Below are positions 17,980-34,835 of a stretch of DNA of 64,000 nucleotides, piece after piece. Numbering within the stretch: the first letter of the stretch is position 1; each line of letters begins with the position of its first letter. The DNA comes from the human T2T-CHM13v2.0 reference genome, Homo sapiens: NCBI RefSeq assembly GCF_009914755.1, contig NC_060933.1; one strand, written 5' to 3'. Position numbers and translations under genes: made by a program. Under the pieces are notes generated by a model. The model was not told the DNA's origin. It saw only the letters and a list, made by a program, of their open reading frames with translations, and did not search any database.

Positions 17980-18922
17980 TGATTTCTGCTCTAATTTTTA
18001 TTTTTCCGCTTACTTTGGATTTAATTTGCTGTTCTCTTTATTTTCCTAAGGTGAAAGCTTAGATGACTGATTTTAGATCTTTCTTCTTCTCTAATATACA
18101 CATTCAATGTCATACATTTCCCTCTAAATACTGCTTGCACTGCTAAGCAGTATCCCACAAATTCTGATATCATATTTTAATTTCATTTAATTCAAAATAT
18201 ATTTAAATTTCTCCTGAGATTTCTCCTTTGACTCATGTGTTATGTAGAAGTGTGTTGTTTAATCTCCAAGTGTTGGGAATTTTTCAGTTATCTTTCTGTA
18301 TTGATTTCTGCTTTAATTCTATTATAGTCTAAGTGCAAACATGGTATAATTTCTATTCTTTTAAATTTGTTAAGATGTGTTTTGTGGCCCAGAATGTGGT
18401 TTATCCTGGTTAATGTTCTGAGCTTGAGAAGAAAGTGTATTCTGTTGTCGTTGGATGAAGTAGCCTACAGATGTCTATTATATCTAGTTAATCGAAGATT
18501 TTGTTGAGTTCCACTCTGTCACAGTATATAATTCCTTTTATATATTGTTAGGTTTGATTTGCTAATATGTTGTTGAGTTTTTTTGCATCTATATTTATGA
18601 GAGATAACGAATTGTCATTTTCTTTTCTTGTAATATCTTTGTTTTTGATATTAGGGTAATGTTGGCCTCATACAATGAGTTAGTCCTTACTGATTTTTTA
18701 CCTGCCGGCTTTGTGTTATTTCTGATAGAGAGATGTTGAAGCCTCCAACTGTAACTCCAACTTCATAGTGGATGCAACTATTTTTCCTTGCAGTTCTATC
18801 AGTTTTTATCTCATGTATTTTGATGCTGTGTTCTTAGGTACATGCAATGTTAGGTGTTCTTATGTCTTCTTGGAGAATGAACACCTTTATCGTTATGTAG
18901 TATCCCTCTTTATCCCTGATAA

Positions 18923-19435
<513 letters not shown>

Positions 19436-19565
19436 TAGACCATTGATATTCAAAGTAGTTATTGATATAGTTGGATTGATATCTACCATATTGTTACTGT
19501 TTTCTACCTGTTGCCTCTGTTCTTTGTTTCTATTTTTGTCTTTACTCTTTTTCTGCCTTTTGTGA

Positions 19566-20223
<658 letters not shown>

Positions 20224-20367
20224 TTATACTTCTTTTTTACTTTTTTTCAGTGGTTTCCCTAGAGTTTGCAACATACATTTACAACTAATTCAAATCCACT
20301 TTCAAATAACACTATACCATTTCATAGGCATTATGAGTATCTTAAAATAATCCTAATTCCTTCCTCC

Positions 20368-21089
20368 TGTAAACTAAAAACAAAATCCTAAATCCTCCAA
20401 ACAACTGAATGGACCCCCTCTTCACCAAGGGGACCCCAGGGAAACCTGAAAAACTGAGTGTTGGCCATGACGGGAAGGGAGGTGAGAGATGCCTCATTAT
20501 ACTCCCTCCCTTTTAGAGTTTTAGGTACAACTGACCAGCATTAATTTTAAAATAGAGATTACAGGACTGACAGAATGAACTCTTTGTGGCAATATCAAAT
20601 TAGGAACAAGACAATGCAAGGAAAGGGTTAAATCATGCCCTTCAAACCATAAAAAAATTTTTTTTTAATGAACCCCATATAATGTGGTATACTTTCCAAA
20701 CTGACTCTGGTATAGCATCACATGACAGATTGCAGACTCCCTTACCTTAAGCATTCCTTTATACTGACTTCAAGTCTTAAGACAGAGCTGAACTCTTTCA
20801 ACCAGCTGCTAACTAAAGAATACCTAAAACCCACCTGTGACTTGTAAGTCTCTGCTTTGCCATGTCCTGCCTTTTCAGGCTGACCCAATGTATACCTTCC
20901 GTGTATTGATTTATGATTTTTACCTACAATTCCTGTCTTCCTGAAACATATAAAACCAAATCATAACCCAACCACCTCAGGCACACTTTCTCAGGACCTC
21001 TTGAGACTATTCTCCCGGCCATGGTCATTCATATCGGCACAGAATAAACCTCTTTAAAATATTTTGCAGTTTTTTTCTTTCTGTTAACA
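20368..21089 (+). mobile_element. ERV1 (MER4-group) solo LTR
   Basis: TGTAAACTAAAAACAAAATCCTAA...actgaatggacccc start, AATAAA at 21042, ...tgttaaCA end. 4-bp TSD ctcc/ttcc. Confidence 0.8.
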
Positions 21090-21221
21090 TTCCTTTCCCT
21101 TGTATCATTGCTGTTATTAATTTCAAGTATATATAAGCATACCTAATTAAATACATTGTTGCTATTATTCATTTTTGAACAAACTATTATCTGTTAAATC
21201 AACTAAGAATAAGACAAATAT

Positions 21222-21528
<307 letters not shown>

Positions 21529-22036
21529 TTACCTTCACTTATTCCTTCTTGGATGTTCTTCCTTTATGTAGGTACAAGGTTCTGACCTATGTTATTTTCT
21601 TTTTCTCTAAAGAACTTCAAAAGTTTCCTGCAAGGCAGGTCTACTGGCAATGAATTCCCTCAATTTTTGCTTGACAAAGTCTTTATTTCTGCTTCACTAT
21701 TGATGGATAATTTCACAAGAGTGTTCCTTTTGTAGATTCACTCTTCTTATCCTTCCCTTCAGAAATATTCTTTGACCAACTATTGGGTCCCAGGTACTGC
21801 ACTAGAGCTTTACTTCTAGTTAATTCCCACAGCAATTCTGAGAGGTAGGTAGGTATTATATTCCTAGATGCAAACTCAGAATTCAGAAGGTAAAGTGATG
21901 AGACTGAAGGCACACAGCAAGTAAGTGGCAGAACCTAGATTAAAACTCATTCTTAAAACTTTGGCTTCCTTCTCTTTTCTTTAATGGATTCAGTTACTTC
22001 TTCTCACCCACTCACCTTTATCAATTTACATTTCAG

Positions 22037-22150
22037 GATAAAAGTCTTCATGTTGGCACTCAATGTGCCTTAACAAGAAGATGCCCACAAGAAGGGTTTG
22101 ATCATCGGGACAGCAAAGTGTCTCTTCAAGAGAAAAACTGTGAACCTGTG
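22037..22150 (+). CDS. MLANA: MLANA exon 4: DKSLHVGTQCALTRRCPQEGFDHRDSKVSLQEKNCEPV
   Basis: tttcAG|GAT acceptor, GTG|GTAGGT donor, 114 nt, phase 0/0. Confidence 0.97.
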
Positions 22151-22549
22151 GTAGGTTAAGATCCTTCATAAGGGTATTTTCATGAATGGCTGTTTTTAAC
22201 TCAAGTGAATACAATTATTTCCATTTAAAAAGCAAGGACAATGTGAATGTACTCATTGCCACTGAACTATATACACCTAAAAATGGTTAAAATGGCAACT
22301 TTTATGTGTATTTTATGAGAATAAAAAATAAATAATAATAAAAAACAAGGGAAGTACAGATATTTTCTTAATTGTGTTGTCACATACCCAGTGTTTCCAG
22401 GGTCAATAATGAGAGCCCTACATGTAAGATTCAAAGGAAGAATTTAGTCCTGGATACAATATTCTTTTATGTTTTTAGTTATATTTGCCTTTTTAATGGA
22501 TGCAGATATATACAGAGGGAAGGGATAAAGTACCTATTATTTATTGTAT

Positions 22550-23170
<621 letters not shown>

Positions 23171-23184
23171 GTACATATACAACA

Positions 23185-23365
23185 CAGCATAATGGTTGAG
23201 AGCACTGACTCTGGAGCCAAATTACTGTGTTTGATTCTTAGCTCCACAACTTACTAGTTGTGTGACCATGGGCAAGCGAGTTAACCTCTCTGTGCCCCAG
23301 TTTCCCATTCTGTAACATGAAAATAATAAAAACACTCCCAGAATTGTTGTGAGCATTAAATGAAG
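23185..23365 (+). mobile_element. MIR
   Basis: ggttgagagcactgactctggagcca...tgtgaccatgggcaag..ttaacctctctgtgccccagtttc. Confidence 0.85.
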
Positions 23366-23791
23366 CCCCGACACATTTGTTCTGGATACAATATCCTCTT
23401 GTTTTATATTTGGTAGTATCAATGTGCCTTTAGACACAATTACAACGATCTCTGTGGTAAAGATGCAATGTATATGGTGTCTATAAATAGCATTCAATGA
23501 TTCGTTAGTTAGGGCTTGAGACTTTTACTGTCATGGAAAATCTAGGTATAGCTAAGCTTTTGAGATTTTGGGAACTCCTTAACCCTATTTTTCTCTACTC
23601 TTGCCCCCAACAATCAGCCTATATACTTGTGAAATTTAACAATTACTTCACTGGGCAGAAATTATATGGGAACACTTAGAAATTTCAGTCCACAGGGAAA
23701 GTATAAATATGTTAACTATTTTAACTTAATCCCTTCCTAGAAACACATACACTGTTGCCAAGCCCATATTCTCCCTTTCTTGTTCTCACAG

Positions 23792-23860
23792 GTTCCCAAT
23801 GCTCCACCTGCTTATGAGAAACTCTCTGCAGAACAGTCACCACCACCTTATTCACCTTAA
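23792..23860 (+). CDS. MLANA: MLANA exon 5 coding part: VPNAPPAYEKLSAEQSPPPYSP* (two PPxY motifs); total protein 118 aa
   Basis: Polypyrimidine tract plus cacAG|GTT. TAA at 23858-23860. Confidence 0.97.
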   Translation, partial: VPNAPPAYEKLSAEQSPPPYSP

Positions 23861-24072
23861 GAGCCAGCGAGACACCTGAGACATGCTGAAATTATTTCTC
23901 TCACACTTTTGCTTGAATTTAATACAGACATCTAATGTTCTCCTTTGGAATGGTGTAGGAAAAATGCAAGCCATCTCTAATAATAAGTCAGTGTTAAAAT
24001 TTTAGTAGGTCCGCTAGCAGTACTAATCATGTGAGGAAATGATGAGAAATATTAAATTGGGAAAACTCCATC

Positions 24073-24078
24073 AATAAA
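24073..24078 (+). terminator. MLANA proximal poly(A) signal AATAAA
   Basis: First AATAAA ~210 nt after the stop codon, upstream of the 3'UTR Alu. Confidence 0.7.
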
Positions 24079-24418
24079 TGTTGCAATGCATGATACTATC
24101 TGTGCCAGAGGTAATGTTAGTAAATCCATGGTGTTATTTTCTGAGAGACAGAATTCAAGTGGGTATTCTGGGGCCATCCAATTTCTCTTTACTTGAAATT
24201 TGGCTAATAACAAACTAGTCAGGTTTTCGAACCTTGACCGACATGAACTGTACACAGAATTGTTCCAGTACTATGGAGTGCTCACAAAGGATACTTTTAC
24301 AGGGTAAGACAAAGGGTTGACTGGCCTATTTATCTGATCAAGAACATGTCAGCAATGTCTCTTTGTGCTCTAAAATTCTATTATACTACAATAATATATT
24401 GTAAAGATCCCATAGCTC

Positions 24419-24709
<291 letters not shown>

Positions 24710-24953
24710 GGATCCTATATCTTAGGTAAGACATATAACGCAGTCTAATTACATTTCACTTCAAGGCTCAATGCTATTCTAACTAATGACAAGTATTTTC
24801 TACTAAACCAGAAATTGGTAGAAGGATTTAAATAAGTAAAAGCTACTATGTACTGCCTTAGTGCTGATGCCTGTGTACTGCCTTAAATGTACCTATGGCA
24901 ATTTAGCTCTCTTGGGTTCCCAAATCCCTCTCACAAGAATGTGCAGAAGAAAT

Positions 24954-24959
24954 CATAAA
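24954..24959 (+). terminator. Candidate MLANA distal poly(A) signal CATAAA
   Basis: Variant hexamer followed ~15-30 nt later by a GT/T-rich stretch (ggtgtcattattt). Fits my recollection of a longer Alu-containing MART-1 mRNA. Confidence 0.45.
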
Positions 24960-26070
24960 GGATCAGAGATTCTGGAATGGTGTCATTATTTGCATAGCAA
25001 CATTGCAATTTGTTTTCCTTTGGCTACATCAACGTATCACCTACACTATTATTTATCTAATATTTCTCTTTCAGGCAGCTCATTTAAACTTTTTTTGGCT
25101 TTAATTCCTATTGCCATCCTGAGTGGAAAACCAGTATCATTTTCCATAGTAGAGGATAACTATAACAACGAAGATAATGAAAGTAATTTTTTTAACCTAA
25201 GAAAATACTAATGGTCACAGAAGGCTATGAACCTGAGACCTGCTCTCTTTGTCAAACAGAGATTAACAAGGATCAGAGAAAAGTTAAAGGCTGTCTTTGA
25301 CATAACTGGAAGGCTTACAAGAGTTTTAAAGAAATTACTTTCTCACTATATGATTCATTGCTATTTAACGGTGAGTCAGTAAACCACCTAAAAATCATCT
25401 TGTCTCATCAGAAACACTAGTGTAACATAACTGCATCATTTTCTACTAAAGACAAAATTTCACCAAAGGGGAAAAAGAAAACACAGGATAAAGAGATGTA
25501 TTACACACATCGAAAAAAACAACATTTAACAAAATATTAAAATATTTCCCCACTCTTCTGATACTGTCAAGTCTTACTACTTAAAATAAGGCTTCCACCT
25601 CTCCCACTTCAAACAAATAAATGAATTCTAAACCAAAGAAACTTCATCAGGCATTTGGGTACCTCCTCCCCTCACCACGAGGTCTCTGCTGAACCTCAAT
25701 CCTGTACACTGAGGAACCTGTGGCTTGAACCCTACATCCCTCCAGAACCCCCAGACTGTCACTCACTGAGGGTGCTCTCATTTCTCTGTGGAAAAGGCTC
25801 TCCTCACAGAGTTCCTCAGACAGTGTCCCAGGTGATGGACATGGAGACTTGGGCTGAGTCTGCCAGAAAGAAATTAGAAAAGTGAGATATTTTTGAAAGG
25901 AATAGAAAGTGCCAGATTCAGAAGACTTACTCCCCACTTCACAGAGGCACCCACACCTCTGAAGATGACTCCTTGGATTGGAAACCAATTGCAGGGCAAC
26001 CCTGGGAGCCATGTGTTAAGGATGGAAGGTCACATGATGCAAGGAGCCTGGGTCATTACATCACCACTGA

Positions 26071-27550
<1,480 letters not shown>

Positions 27551-28399
27551 TCACCACTGAAGGTGACCCTAACCCATCTAAGAACACTTGGATTATGTGG
27601 GTTGGGGTGGGGGGTTGGGGAACGGGCCTTGAAGAAAATTCATGAAATATTAAGACATTGCCATTCTGATACTGAAATCCAGGGCTGTTACTTTACATAT
27701 TTGTTGAGACCCTTCAGTGTTCTGTAACAGCCTGGACTGACTTAACACAAATGAGGAGAGGAGCCTTCAGGAAAGGGAGATCCTTGTGACCTTTGTAGAT
27801 AGATAGGATGAGGCTTCCCTGCTGCTGAAGGAAACCTGAACTCAGGAAAATGAGCCTCACCCATAAGCATGGGCACAGGAGTCCTCTACTGCAGCGTGCC
27901 CTTCCTTTTTGCCCTGACATACCTGTGGGCTGGGAATGGGTAATGGCATGGCACTGCTTTGATCCCCTAAGCTTCCTGCAGGCCAGGGTAGGGACTAGAG
28001 TGACCAGAGCTCATGGCTGGTCTCCTCTGGCTGCAATAAGCATTTTCCACTTGCCCATATTCACTGTACAAATAATAGTACTTTTATTTGCATGGTGAGC
28101 AAAGTTAGAGAGTATTGTTTTATAGAACCTGGGGTTCCCCTTCCTGTCCAGCCCTCAGTGGTGGTGACTGATGCTTAAGACAAGGCTCAAGTCTCTATGC
28201 ATTTCCCTGCAAGATTCTGATATGGTCTCTCTGATTGTTTTTATAGTAAAGAGCAGGCATACTTTAAGGAGGGAACAAGAGCTAGCCAAAAGATTTTCTG
28301 CCCAGGTTAAAGTCAGTGAAAATTTAGACTGATTATACAAATCAATGAAGCCTTCAAGTTATCTCTGGTGGAGACCAGTCCTCTGAAGTCACAAATGTT

Positions 28400-29330
28400 A
28401 AATTTAGCATTTAGTAAATATCTGGACAGGTTCACTTGTCACTTGAGAATATTGCAGACCTTCTCAAAAAAAGAACAGAAGGGAGTCTCTAAACTTTCAT
28501 TTCACAGTTCAACAGTTACATGATGATGCATCAAAATCTGTCAATCTCAAGTAACCGGCGCCAAAAACATCTTTAAAGTGTCTCAGAAGAACTTTCAGAA
28601 GGAAATAATGGGTTGTTTGGATGAAAACACTCATTTTTAGGAAAATCTAAAAGCGCTATCCCAAGAAGCTGTGAAATGGAATAAAAAGTGTGAGAAATGG
28701 AGGAAAAAAATGCTTGACAACTTGAAAACATAAAGAGGTTGTAAAAGAGAGCCCTTTAAAATCTCTGAAATCATATGGAAGGTGATACACTTGCCTGTCT
28801 TCTTTAGCAAAAATTACATGGGTGATGGCAACTTGAAATCAGACAAACACAAATCAGAAAATTGAGAACTTCTAGGTAAATCAAAAAGCAATTTGAAAAA
28901 ATACATTGATGCTGTTAAATGTTTCCTTAAAAAGGCTTGAAGGAGAAAAACAAGGACTATTAAAAAGAAAATCAAATAAATCACTTACAGTTCAAAGAAA
29001 TGGTCTCCCACCTGAGTAAGCATCTTTGTAGTCTAAAAATGCAGCTCATATGAAAATATCAGCTGTGTAACATCAGAAGCATGACGCCTACAGGAAGATG
29101 GCCTCGAGAAAGTCTTGGAAAGAAGCACTTTCTGCTATCAAAACTTGATCATTTCCCATGAGAAAAAATGCTCAAGAAAGTTGGATGGCAGCTTGGCACA
29201 CTTAAGAGAAAGCTCACTGAAATAAGAAAAGAAAATGATCACAATAGACAAAGTTGACTAAAGCAGTTTAAATTTCAGGTTTTCCCAAGTGGTTCCTGCT
29301 GTTCCACGTGCAGGGGATCCCATGCATCAT
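28400..29330 (+). pseudogene. Decayed intronless cTAGE/MIA2-family (cTAGE5-like) retrocopy
   Basis: 29115-29168 translates LERSTFCYQNLIISHEKK (cTAGE5 from memory: LERTIHSYQGQIISHEKK). After frameshifts come AQESWMAA and RKLTEIRKENDHNRQ. Upstream are QEAVKW, DGNLKS..SEN, NLKKYIDAVK and SLKRLEGEK, in the cTAGE5 order. Confidence 0.75.
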
Positions 29331-29489
29331 CATGTCTGCGAGGAAGGTTAAAATTGTAAGGGCTTACACATTTGGGTCACTAGGTTTGGTTCAGGTTTAC
29401 AGCAACCAACTCCTAAATATATACTGGAGGACACCTGACCGTGTTTTCCTTACTTAATAATTTAATCTCTTTTTATTGTTTTTTCTTAG

Positions 29490-29877
<388 letters not shown>

Positions 29878-31632
29878 AAATCTAGATGGTTTTAATAAAA
29901 TTCTTGACTATTTTTTAGATCATTCCATGAGACTCCCAGAATTAGATCCATTTAAGTACTGTATTTAGGCTGAATTAAATGGTTCACTATTATGTAAACC
30001 ATAATTGAATTTTGTACGATCATGGAGAGACACAAATCAATAAAGGCCATTTATATATGCTATGAACTGTTACAAAAAATGTGAATAACAATATGTACCT
30101 CAATAAATTTAGGTTTAATAAAGAGAACCCCGCCAAGCCCAACAAACAAAAGAACAAAACAACAATAACCCCCAACTAAATTTATTAGTATTTTTATTAG
30201 TTTAGCACTAAATTAATAGATTTAGGGGAGGTAACACTTTGTTCATGATATTATTTGCTATTTAAATGTTTCTAAATTTTATACAGTCAAAAATAAAAGT
30301 TTTCCCTTAAAAAATACCTTTCTTTATCCTTCTCAATCTCAACAGTTTCTGTCTCATCTCTAGCATTACTAGATACCTGATTATGCCAAATATCAGGTCT
30401 TCACACCACTTTTCTGGCCCACCTAATATCCTGACTGGTCTCCCTGTCTTTAGTCAGGTGAATGATGGCAGCTACTATTTAAGTATTTACTATGTGGTAG
30501 GCACCGGGCTAAGTACTTTAGGTAAATTATCTCATCTAACTTCACAGCAATCCTGCAAGGTAATTGTCCCCATCTTAAGTTTGACTATTACTACCTTTGC
30601 TTCAAAAGCTTCAGTAGTTCCCCCATATACTTTCGAATATTCTTCAGTCCTCTATCAGCTAGCTCAACCTATTTTTCTAATCATTCCCTATGAGTCCTCT
30701 TAACCTATAGCATTTCATTCAAATTCAACTGCTGTGTTCCCTACATGCTCCTTGGGCTTTTCTGAGACTCAGTCTTTGTGGGCCCAGTTATAAACGTACT
30801 TGCAGTCATAGCACAAATGCCACCTCTTACATGAAACCTTCTCTGGAAACTCCCTGCTAAATTCTTATAGTTCTTTATTCCTCTAACTTATTATTATTTT
30901 ACTATTTTTTGTATTGAGGACAGAATGGAATCCTACTCATCTATATCGTTCCTGCAACATCTTCTACATTATATGGTTCTCAAGAAGTGTGTAGAATACA
31001 TTTACAACTCTGGTAGATGCCTTGAATTTGTTTGATAATTACTTTAAGAATGTTTTACATGCATCATTCTTAAAGTAATTAAGATGATTACATACATCAT
31101 TTGATTCTCTAATACTTCTTCATACATTTTTAACTATATGTTTCTCACATTCACATTTTCTCTCCAGGTTGTAAGAACCTTCTAAACTATGCTATACCCT
31201 TCAACTTTTCTAAGCCTCAAGCACCATGCTGTGGATAGTAAATGCTTGCTGAATAAATGTGTAAGAATAACTGGGGCAGATGACAACATTATAGTAACAA
31301 TAAGCCAATAAGCTCAGATGATGGCAAAACTACTTCTGGAATGACTTCAGGTAAACTGTTTATCATTTCTAAGTTTTAGTAACTTTGGCTAACTAAAATC
31401 CCTATCAAATTTCTTAGATCTCTTTCAGAATTTGCCACTTTCTCAAGCTTTTAATGTTAAAAAATTCTAAATTTAGGTTGATCTACTGGATCAAGCAAAC
31501 ATTTCCACTGATTTTAGTGTACATATTCTAGCTATCACTACTTTAATCATAAAACTATTTCAATTAATTATTAAATACACCAATAAAATTGGAGACTTGG
31601 GACTTGAGCAGGACTTCAGCTATTTAGTATTA

Positions 31633-31760
31633 CACATGTATGTGTGTATATATATGTATGTGTATATATACATATGTGTGTATATATATGTATATATAAA
31701 ACTAATCACTATATATAAAACATATATAAAACATATATAACATATATATAAAACTAATCA
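31633..31760. repeat. (TA/TG)n and ATATAAAAC low-complexity repeat
   Basis: Directly visible. Confidence 0.85.
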
Positions 31761-32706
31761 CAAAGGAAAAACTTTTTGTGAGGGCAGGAAAAACCATAGG
31801 AAATGAGAGGAAAGGGAAGTGCTAACACACCAGAAGGAGGCAGGCTATTTCAGCATCTTTTAACTTAGTATTTTAGGTGATACAGAACACAGATATCCAA
31901 ATGGCTTAATTCTATACTAAGTATAAAAACATGACTCTCCAGTATCATGAATCTTTTCAGGTGGCATTGTGGTGACGTTTCTTCCTTTTCATGTATGCCT
32001 TTATAGACGCCCTTTACAGAACCCTTAATAACACTAAACACAATGAATTCAGGAATTTAACTTTGTGCTCTAGCCACGATCTCAGAAATCCACATGACCT
32101 ACAAAACTGGAGGCAAAGGAATTTGGGTTTTTGAAGATATAAATCCATTAATCGAATTTCTAGTTTAAAAAATGGAGCATTAGTTTTAAAAAGTAAACTA
32201 GACCTTAAATAAGAGGTTATCTAGATTTGTCACCCACCTACTCAACAAATATACATTGAATACAGTGTGCCAGGTGCTGGCACAATAATGATGATGATTG
32301 ATAAGGTTCCTGAAATTAAATAATTTCAAACAAGTAATTATAGTTTTGAAGAAGTGCTATGTTGTTCTCAGTCTGAGTGACTGCACAATATAATAATGCT
32401 GGCTGAGGTATGACAAGGACAGGGAGTTACATAACACGTAATAAGAACCTGTAATGGAACATTAGGTCAAAGAAGACATCTGGGAAGACCTTCAAGTGTC
32501 TTGAATTTTCTAGAAACTAAAAGAAAATTAGAGTACAGTGAACAAGAGGGAGAACAGGTTGAAATGAAGCTGGAGAGGTAGGCAGGAACAGACTGAAGAG
32601 CTTTTAAAACTTTAAGTGGGGACTTCAGTACGAAGGTTCACCAGATCACACAGAGCTATGAAGGTCATATTAGAATTTTGGATTTAGGAGTTAGAAGAGA
32701 TTTAGT

Positions 32707-33013
<307 letters not shown>

Positions 33014-33575
33014 AGAGAGAGATTTAGTGGTTAGTTTAGGTCCTTCACTGGGATTAAAGTTGGGCCATAGGTAATTCAGTAAATTAGTTTCTTAAAATGG
33101 CTTAAGAGAATTCTTCTGAGACAAAAGGCAAACAGTTTTGGGTCATTTTGTTTTAAAAGCTGAGTAGGTAAATACAGCCATTTGTTGAGCACCATCAATG
33201 CGCAATGCAATGCACTTGAAATATCACCCACTTCCCCAGGGCTTTCTTAAGTGACAGAAAAAGGGGGAGAGTGACTTGAGTAGAGCATAAACATGACTAG
33301 GAAAAGTACTTAGAGCATAAATAGCGGTTTCTGAGAGCCTTTAGTGACTTTCTAGGAATATTTTCACTACCCTCTCCACTTTGATAACAAATACACTTTG
33401 ATGTAGTCTCAAAGGAAATCTTTAGGCCTATGCTTCCATATCATTTCCAACCCCCAACAATAACTTCATGTGATGAAGTTTAACAACATTATAAATGGAA
33501 GGATGAGTATACAGTTCAGTAGCTCAAGATAATGGATATAAAGATCCAATAAATATAAAAGCTACCTTTTATTTA

Positions 33576-34065
<490 letters not shown>

Positions 34066-34188
34066 TCAAATTTCCCACCCTTAATTCTTTCTTGTAAAGG
34101 ACTGTCTTCAATTACATCCTGTATTCTTTCAATGGAACAAGAACACACGTTAAAAATGGTATTCAAACAAAGAAATACAGCAACTCAG

Positions 34189-34194
34189 TTTATT
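34189..34194 (-). terminator. BRD10 poly(A) signal AATAAA (3'UTR ~34170-34835)
   Basis: TTTATT on + strand. A U/GU-rich element (ttctttgtttg on -) follows downstream. Confidence 0.7.
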
Positions 34195-34694
34195 ACATGC
34201 AGATTCTTCTGCATTGTTGCTAACAGTTCACTGGTCCAAAATTACTAAAATACTTAAAAAACTATACATTATGTAAACAAAACATAAATAAGACAGCATA
34301 GTTCTTTGTACATATATTTAGTACAGGTTGTTAGGGATTCTGGAATATGTACAATTTTACATCATGGACTGCATTTTTCACAATGCATAAATATATATAT
34401 GTATTTTTTTTTTTACAGAAACAAAAATAAGATTTCACTAATGACACTGAATACCATATCATAGATATGCTGCAACAGTCCAAATTCAAGAAGAAACATG
34501 TCAATGTAAATGTGCAAAAGGCTAGCTTACTCTAAACTATTCAAACTTTGTTCACTTTATGTTCTACAGACAGGTAAATCCTGACTTTAAACACAGAACC
34601 TTGAAACCCTCCTCAGAACAGTAAGTGAAATGGAACAGATCTTTCCCTCCCCAAGAAAACAAAGCCTTGTTGCAAGCTAATGAAAAGATACATT

Positions 34695-34697
<3 letters not shown>

Positions 34698-34736
<39 letters not shown>
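34698..34736. repeat. (CA)~19 microsatellite in the BRD10 3'UTR ((UG)n in the mRNA)
   Basis: Directly visible, ~100 nt after the stop codon. Confidence 0.97.
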
Positions 34737-34738
<2 letters not shown>

Positions 34739-34835
34739 GTATAGTATGCTTTCAACAGTATAATAAACATTGAAAATTTTTATGGGAGTCAAAACAATGC
34801 CCCATTATTTAAAAACTGGCTCTTTTAGTCTAAAT

